Positions 58,919-64,000 of a stretch of 64,000 nt of DNA are shown here, one piece after another. The stretch spans positions 80,752 to 144,751 of the forward strand of contig CAYRUB010000001.1 in NCBI GenBank assembly GCA_964427405.1. Reading direction: 5' to 3'. The notes below the pieces were generated by a model. The model was given only the letters and a program-made list of their open reading frames with translations, made no database searches and was not told where the DNA came from. This stretch comes from an uncultured Planctomycetales bacterium (GTDB lineage Bacteria > Omnitrophota > Gorgyraeia > Gygaellales > Profunditerraquicolaceae). The position numbers were made by a program, and so were the translations under genes. Positions within the stretch are counted from its first letter, which is position 1. Every line of letters begins with the position of its first letter.

Positions 58919-59527
58919 TTAACTCCCGGGTTCTTTTTTAAACCAAATCAAGTAGTTGTGTTCAAAATTCAACAAGTTCTCTTTTTTAAAACCATATTGT
59001 ACGATTACGGCTTCAATCTCTTCAGGTAATAAACGTATATTCATCGGAGGGCCAAAACCAACTTCTTCTTTTTTGAATTCCAAGATTGCCAAACGGCCTG
59101 CCGGTTTTAGAACCCGCGAGATTTCAGCAAACAGTATTTTTGTATCTTGGGATAGATCAAATCCATGAAGCACCTGGGCTATCAAACAAACATCAATAAT
59201 CTTATCTTCAAGGGGCAGCAAAGAAATAATGTCTGATTTTATCGCTCTGATATTGCGCAATCCTTGAGCAATAGCCTTTTCTGACAAAGCATCGATCACC
59301 TCTTTCCATTGATCAAGCGCATATACCGTCCCGGTATTCTCCACAATTTTAGCGGCTTGGATAGCATAATCTCCCGCTCCGCACCCTAAATCAAGAAAGA
59401 TTTCTCCGCTATTTAATTTAAGCTCGTAAAAAACAAGTTTTGAATCCTGCATATCAAAACTGCTTATGCCTTGTTTTTGATGCTCAATACCCCCATGATC
59501 ATGCCTATGCCTGCCCTGTTTATTCAT
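58919..59527 (-). CDS. Class I SAM-dependent methyltransferase
   Basis: LDLGCGAG, RVLKPAG. Confidence 0.88.
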   Translation of the reverse strand: MNKQGRHRHDHGGIEHQKQGISSFDMQDSKLVFYELKLNSGEIFLDLGCGAGDYAIQAAKIVENTGTVYALDQWKEVIDALSEKAIAQGLRNIRAIKSDIISLLPLEDKIIDVCLIAQVLHGFDLSQDTKILFAEISRVLKPAGRLAILEFKKEEVGFGPPMNIRLLPEEIEAVIVQYGFKKENLLNFEHNYLIWFKKEPGS

Positions 59528-59568
59528 GTATATCCTTCGTACTTAAAACTATAGTTCCTATCTTTATT

Positions 59569-60213
59569 TTAATCCCTCTTTTTGCATTTTATACCTGATA
59601 TTATCACAAAACCACCCTTGCCAAAGCCTTTCCTGGTCCTCTCAACTGAATTCATCTTATCCGGAAGATTATATATCGTTTGATAATACGAAATTCTGCC
59701 GAAACCTGTCATTTTAAGCAAATCAGTAACTTCTTTCACGCCAAGAAAATGTGCCTGCTTATAGAACAGGCTCTTTTCCCCTTGATAAAACCTGCCTAAA
59801 AAGCTATCCTTATCAATAATAGCGATAATAACCTTGCCGCTCTTCTTTAAAACCCTTTTAGTTTCTATCAATACCTTGACAGGATCTTTGACAAAACACA
59901 AAGTAATAATAATAGCGATATAATCAAAAGTGGAATTATCAAACGGCAATCTTTCTCCTTGAGTATGGTGTACATCTATACCTCTTTTCTTAGAAATCTT
60001 AAGCATATTTTTAGAAGGATCGACTCCGTACTTTATTCCCAGTTTAGAAGCGAATCTGCCTGTGCCAACGCCAATCTCTAATCCCTCGCCCTTCTTAGGC
60101 ACGACTTTTTTCAATGCTCCAATTTCTGATAAATAAGCAAATTTATGCCTATCGTACCATACGTCATATTTCTTATAATACTTATCGAAAATATTAGTCA
60201 TAAATCCAGTCAC
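59569..60213 (-). CDS. Class I SAM-dependent methyltransferase
   Basis: LEIGVGTGRF, LPF..FD, RVLK. Confidence 0.88.
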   Translation of the reverse strand: MTGFMTNIFDKYYKKYDVWYDRHKFAYLSEIGALKKVVPKKGEGLEIGVGTGRFASKLGIKYGVDPSKNMLKISKKRGIDVHHTQGERLPFDNSTFDYIAIIITLCFVKDPVKVLIETKRVLKKSGKVIIAIIDKDSFLGRFYQGEKSLFYKQAHFLGVKEVTDLLKMTGFGRISYYQTIYNLPDKMNSVERTRKGFGKGGFVIISGIKCKKRD

Positions 60214-60215
60214 TA

Positions 60216-61925
60216 CTAATCCAATACCTCTTTAATGTACGGCCCTAAATCCATATCTTTATACGAAGACCCAGCGCGAACAATAGGATAAAGGACCTCT
60301 TCAATATCAGTCATAACTTCAAGGAGACACGGCCCCGTGGTTTTCATAAAAATCTTAAGTCCATTATATAATTCAGCGCGGGAAATTATTCTCTTCGCGA
60401 ATTTATAGTTGCACTGCTTAGCCAATTCCGCAAAATTCACATCCGATTTTCTTTCCGTAGCGGAGTGCCTCTTACCGTAAGCTGAATCTTCCAGATTTCT
60501 CACCATTCCGTCGCTTCGATTATTAAGAAGAAGTATTTTTACCGGCAACCCGAGAGCCCCGATGGTATGCAATTCGCCCATATTCATTCTAAAACTTCCG
60601 TCTCCGTCAACCACGATAACCGTAGCGTTAGGATTAGCGTAATAAGCGCCTATAGCTGCTGGCATACCAAAACCCATCGTACCGAAACTACCTGGGGTAA
60701 GAAATGTCTTAGGCTTCCTCATTCTTAAATATTGAGCGGCCAAAAGCTGGTGATTGCCAACGCCTGTTGTAATTATCGTATCACCGTCAATTAAGCTATT
60801 CAAAAGATCAAGCGCCTCCGCCTGATAAATTGTTTTATCGTCACGGCAATAATTCAATGGCCATGCTTTCTTGAGTTTGACCGCATATTGAAACCAATCA
60901 TCAATAGTGATCTTTATATTCTTTTGCTTGGCGTATTCGGTTAGATCGTTAAGAGCGCAAACCGCATCTCCGACAAATGAAAAATCGGGATTTCGTTCAT
61001 TCCGTATTTGATAAACTTTCTGCGGATTTATATCAATATAGGCGATCTTGGCCTCAATAGCGAATCCGACCTTCTCCGCCACACGATCATCCCACCGCAC
61101 GCCGATTGCAAAGAAAAAATCATTCTTCTGAATGACCTTGTTCGCATAAGGCGTGCCGAACATCCCCAAAAGCCCAAGCGAAGCCGGATCGTTCTCATCA
61201 ACGACTCCTTTAGCCATAAGTGTATTAACGGAAGGGATATTAAAAATAGCGTTAAAACGCCGTATCGCATCGCTTCCACTCTTGGAATTAAGCCCTCCCC
61301 CTAAATATAATAATGGACGCTTGGCTTCAGTGAGAAGACCAAAGAAACACTCGCACTGCTTATCAGATAAATGGCATTCATTATTGTAAACAGTCCTGAA
61401 CTTCTCAAGATTATTACCAATATATTTATTTATACTCTGCTGCAGATTGATCGGAATATCGATAACAACAGGCCCCGGTTTGCCTGACTTCGCCAAGAAG
61501 TAAGCGTCTTTAATAATCGATTCAATATTGTCGATACTATCAACAAGGACGACTTTTTTCGCCGTGGGGCCAAAAACACTGGACACGTCAATATGCTGAA
61601 ACGAATCAGTCCCAATCTTATGTTCTGGCACCTGCCCGGCAACAACGATCAGTGGGATACTGTCGGCGTAAGAATCAGCTACGGCAGTTAAAGTATTCGT
61701 GATAGCAGGCCCCGAAGTAACGATAGCAATCCCGACAGTGTCGCTTGATCTGGAATACCCAGCGGCGGCAAAGGCCGCAGACTGTTCGTTTGAATTGACA
61801 ATGATCTGAATAGGACTTTTGGCCAGTTCATCCATAACCGGAAGTATGGCCGCGCCCGTATAACCAAAAATATGCTTTATCCCAAGATCTTCCAAGCTTT
61901 TGACTAAAATCTTCGCTCCCGTCAT
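60216..61925 (-). CDS. ThDP-dependent enzyme, acetolactate synthase large subunit-like
   Basis: EQSAAF, TSGP, DSIP, GTMGFG, GDGS...NN; no small subunit adjacent. Confidence 0.88.
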   Translation of the reverse strand: MTGAKILVKSLEDLGIKHIFGYTGAAILPVMDELAKSPIQIIVNSNEQSAAFAAAGYSRSSDTVGIAIVTSGPAITNTLTAVADSYADSIPLIVVAGQVPEHKIGTDSFQHIDVSSVFGPTAKKVVLVDSIDNIESIIKDAYFLAKSGKPGPVVIDIPINLQQSINKYIGNNLEKFRTVYNNECHLSDKQCECFFGLLTEAKRPLLYLGGGLNSKSGSDAIRRFNAIFNIPSVNTLMAKGVVDENDPASLGLLGMFGTPYANKVIQKNDFFFAIGVRWDDRVAEKVGFAIEAKIAYIDINPQKVYQIRNERNPDFSFVGDAVCALNDLTEYAKQKNIKITIDDWFQYAVKLKKAWPLNYCRDDKTIYQAEALDLLNSLIDGDTIITTGVGNHQLLAAQYLRMRKPKTFLTPGSFGTMGFGMPAAIGAYYANPNATVIVVDGDGSFRMNMGELHTIGALGLPVKILLLNNRSDGMVRNLEDSAYGKRHSATERKSDVNFAELAKQCNYKFAKRIISRAELYNGLKIFMKTTGPCLLEVMTDIEEVLYPIVRAGSSYKDMDLGPYIKEVLD

Positions 61926-62384
61926 TTAAAACTCCTTTTCTAATACACTACTTTCTATCTCCGGATAAACGCTGATTTTACATGTAACAAGGTTCGCTAT
62001 GGCACAATTTTCTCCGGCAAGTTTTATAAGCTCTTTCGTTTTTTCAATCTGCCCACTTGAAACAACAACTATACGAGGCCAGATATTAATTTCAGCAAAC
62101 CTGAACTTATCTTCAACTTTTTCAATAACTCCTTGGGCAGTGCTTGCATAATTCAAGAACTCCAAAGCGTTCTTTTTCGCTAAATCTATAAAGGCGTCCT
62201 TGACAAAACCTTCCACTGAAGCGACAAATAGCTCATTTGGGGTCCACATATCGTCGTGTTTTTTAAACTCCAAAGATTCAGCTATTTCAATAGTTTTATT
62301 ACCAAGCGAACACAGAAACGCGTTCTTTTTCTTATCCCACATTATAACTGTTTCATGAGTAAATCGTTTATTATCTTTCATCAT
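61926..62384 (-). CDS. OsmC-like protein
   Basis: WTPNELFVAS, A..NCAIAN. Confidence 0.75.
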   Translation of the reverse strand: MMKDNKRFTHETVIMWDKKKNAFLCSLGNKTIEIAESLEFKKHDDMWTPNELFVASVEGFVKDAFIDLAKKNALEFLNYASTAQGVIEKVEDKFRFAEINIWPRIVVVSSGQIEKTKELIKLAGENCAIANLVTCKISVYPEIESSVLEKEF

Positions 62385-62408
62385 AACCTTCCATCTATTG
62401 CTTTTATG

Positions 62409-62726
62409 TCAAAGATGGGATTTAATGGCGGTTTCAAGTTCCGCCTTAGGCAGCGCGCCGACAAATTTATCCACCACTTTCCCATTCTTAAAAATCGCTA
62501 GTGTCGGTATGCTCATAATTTCATAACTGGCGGCTGTTTTAGGCGCGTCATCCACGCTTAATTTGCAGACCTTTAATTTACCTTTATACTCCTTGGCAAT
62601 TTGCTCAATTACTGGAGCGAGCCTAAGGCAAGGCCCGCACCACACTGCCCAAAAATCTACAAGAACAGGCAAGCTCTCTTCCAGTACTTCTTGCTTAAAA
62701 TTAGCGTCATTTATATTAATCCCCAT
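62409..62726 (-). CDS. trxA: Thioredoxin
   Basis: DFWAVWCGPC, SIPT. Confidence 0.95.
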   Translation of the reverse strand: MGININDANFKQEVLEESLPVLVDFWAVWCGPCLRLAPVIEQIAKEYKGKLKVCKLSVDDAPKTAASYEIMSIPTLAIFKNGKVVDKFVGALPKAELETAIKSHL

Positions 62727-62770
62727 TCTTTACCCCCTTTTCTTTAAGAAATCTGGTCTTATACAAATAA

Positions 62771-63412
62771 TTAAACTTTCTGCGCCGCTTTATTGTCTTT
62801 TACAAATAATAACGGAAACACTATATCGCTTACACAACAAGGAATCCAAACCGCTAAGAATAAAAATATAAAAATAGCGGCATATGAAAACCAATTCACA
62901 ATTTCTATCTTTGCCATAATCATATGGAACAAAGACGCCCAAGTGCTTAACAACACATGACCGGCATGAGGAAATTTTGTCCTTGGTTTTATATAGGCAA
63001 TGACTATTCCTAAAATAGCCAAAGGATTAACCAACCACCATTTTTCAATAAAACCAAGATGAATTCCTCTATTAGGCATGCCAAGCATAGATTCAGCCAA
63101 ATATGGAATTAGAGAATCGCTTATAGTAGCAATCCCCACAGAGCCAAAGTAACCTATTATGGTAAGCGCCCAAAAATTACACTGCCCTCTTATACAGTTA
63201 CTTCCGATCCGTTGACAAGTATGAAGTTTATACATTGCCGCGGTAACCAGCGCGCTTAAAAATACGTGCAGAGGATGCAGTATATAGAAAATATTGTATG
63301 AAGTCTCATAGGACAATCTCAATGTAAACGCCATAATAACGATTCCGGTAATTGTGCCGAATATCGTAAAAGGCGCGTGTGACTTTAATTCTTTAAAAAT
63401 TTGCCCTGACAT
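62771..63412 (-). CDS. Hypothetical His-containing multi-TM protein
   Basis: About six TM helices with HAPF, HPLH, HAGH, FH. Confidence 0.7.
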   Translation of the reverse strand: MSGQIFKELKSHAPFTIFGTITGIVIMAFTLRLSYETSYNIFYILHPLHVFLSALVTAAMYKLHTCQRIGSNCIRGQCNFWALTIIGYFGSVGIATISDSLIPYLAESMLGMPNRGIHLGFIEKWWLVNPLAILGIVIAYIKPRTKFPHAGHVLLSTWASLFHMIMAKIEIVNWFSYAAIFIFLFLAVWIPCCVSDIVFPLLFVKDNKAAQKV

Positions 63413-63416
63413 ATAA

Positions 63417-64000
63417 TTAAACCTCTATCTCTTGGCCTGCCTTAATCGAAATAAAATTATCCCCGTAAGATCTCTTAAAGATTTCTTCTGCCATATCTCC
63501 GGAACAATGCGTAGGACCAGCTTTTATTATGTTCATCTTTTTGAAATTCTCTACCACTATCTCTATCGCCCGTTTGTCCGACTCCATCAGATGAAATCCG
63601 CCTGATACAAGGTAAATTGACTCATCCGGAAATTTCGTTTTTGCCTTTTCTACCATCTTCAATATTCCCGGATGGGCGCATCCGGTAATAATCGTCAAAC
63701 CGTTTTTTGTTTTCAATATCAGCGCCTGCTCTGCCATATATTTGCCTTTATATGCCCCGGGTATTTCTCCTGTAGAAAACACATTCTGAATAATTTGCGT
63801 TAGTTTTTCCTTTTCGGCAAGGTCGGCACCCAACGCAAGAGCTTTATCCTTGAACTCACGGCCAAAATGAGGGCATATATATACAGGCATGCCTTTTCTT
63901 TTCTGCAATAAATCCCAGAGGCCTCCCCAATGATCCCAATGGTCGTGAGAAATCACTACTGCTTCAATCTTGTTTATGTCAACGTCCAAAGCGCGCATAT
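63417..64000 (-). CDS. Metallo-beta-lactamase fold hydrolase, 5' end outside the window
   Basis: SHDHWDH, GCAHPG, GGFHL, HCSG. Confidence 0.88.
   Translation of the reverse strand, partial: MRALDVDINKIEAVVISHDHWDHWGGLWDLLQKRKGMPVYICPHFGREFKDKALALGADLAEKEKLTQIIQNVFSTGEIPGAYKGKYMAEQALILKTKNGLTIITGCAHPGILKMVEKAKTKFPDESIYLVSGGFHLMESDKRAIEIVVENFKKMNIIKAGPTHCSGDMAEEIFKRSYGDNFISIKAGQEIEV

Larger units (their letters stand above)
41865..64000. mobile_element. Integrative element / genomic island inserted at the miaB 5' end; right boundary not seen
   Basis: Serine recombinase overlapping the miaB start, Xis-like HTH, phage-type replication gene, then accessory metal/redox cargo. Extension beyond about 55.8 kb is inferred. 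Confidence 0.7.

Noticed and set aside
1687-62871. Numerous plus-strand and nested ORFs of 60-183 aa in the track
   Set aside because: Nearly all are shadows of well-supported minus-strand genes, with no recognisable motifs

Overview
This is a 64 kb bacterial chromosomal window with essentially all genes on the minus strand. The host is a diderm (LptD present) and probably an anaerobe; a Candidatus Omnitrophota/PVC-like origin is my impression only. Positions 1 to ~41.9 kb are housekeeping genes: lepA, cmk, aromatic amino-acid biosynthesis, scpB, ruvA/ruvC, RNase P RNA, two tRNAs, rpoD/dnaG, nucleotide-sugar genes, lptD, diguanylate cyclases, accD, a CIRCE-controlled hrcA-grpE-dnaK-dnaJ operon, hflX, miaA and miaB. 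From ~41.9 kb an integrative element appears to be inserted in the 5' end of miaB and to rebuild its start. It carries a large serine recombinase, an Xis-like HTH, and a lambda-O-like replication gene with iterons and a DnaA box. Its cargo is a layered metal-uptake system: (1) a DtxR-boxed feoAAB operon; (2) a Mu Com-like zinc-finger gene followed by an attenuator-like RNA, an unannotated 31-aa metallothionein-like peptide and a porin; (3) a Zur/Fur-boxed operon with a CxxC/RAPP arrest leader whose codons can sequester the RBS of an OprC-like TonB-dependent receptor. Redox and metabolic accessory genes follow to the window end; the far boundary of the element is not visible. The most novel-looking signal is a repeated 'small protein / competing hairpin / terminator / RBS' architecture, seen three times inside the element.
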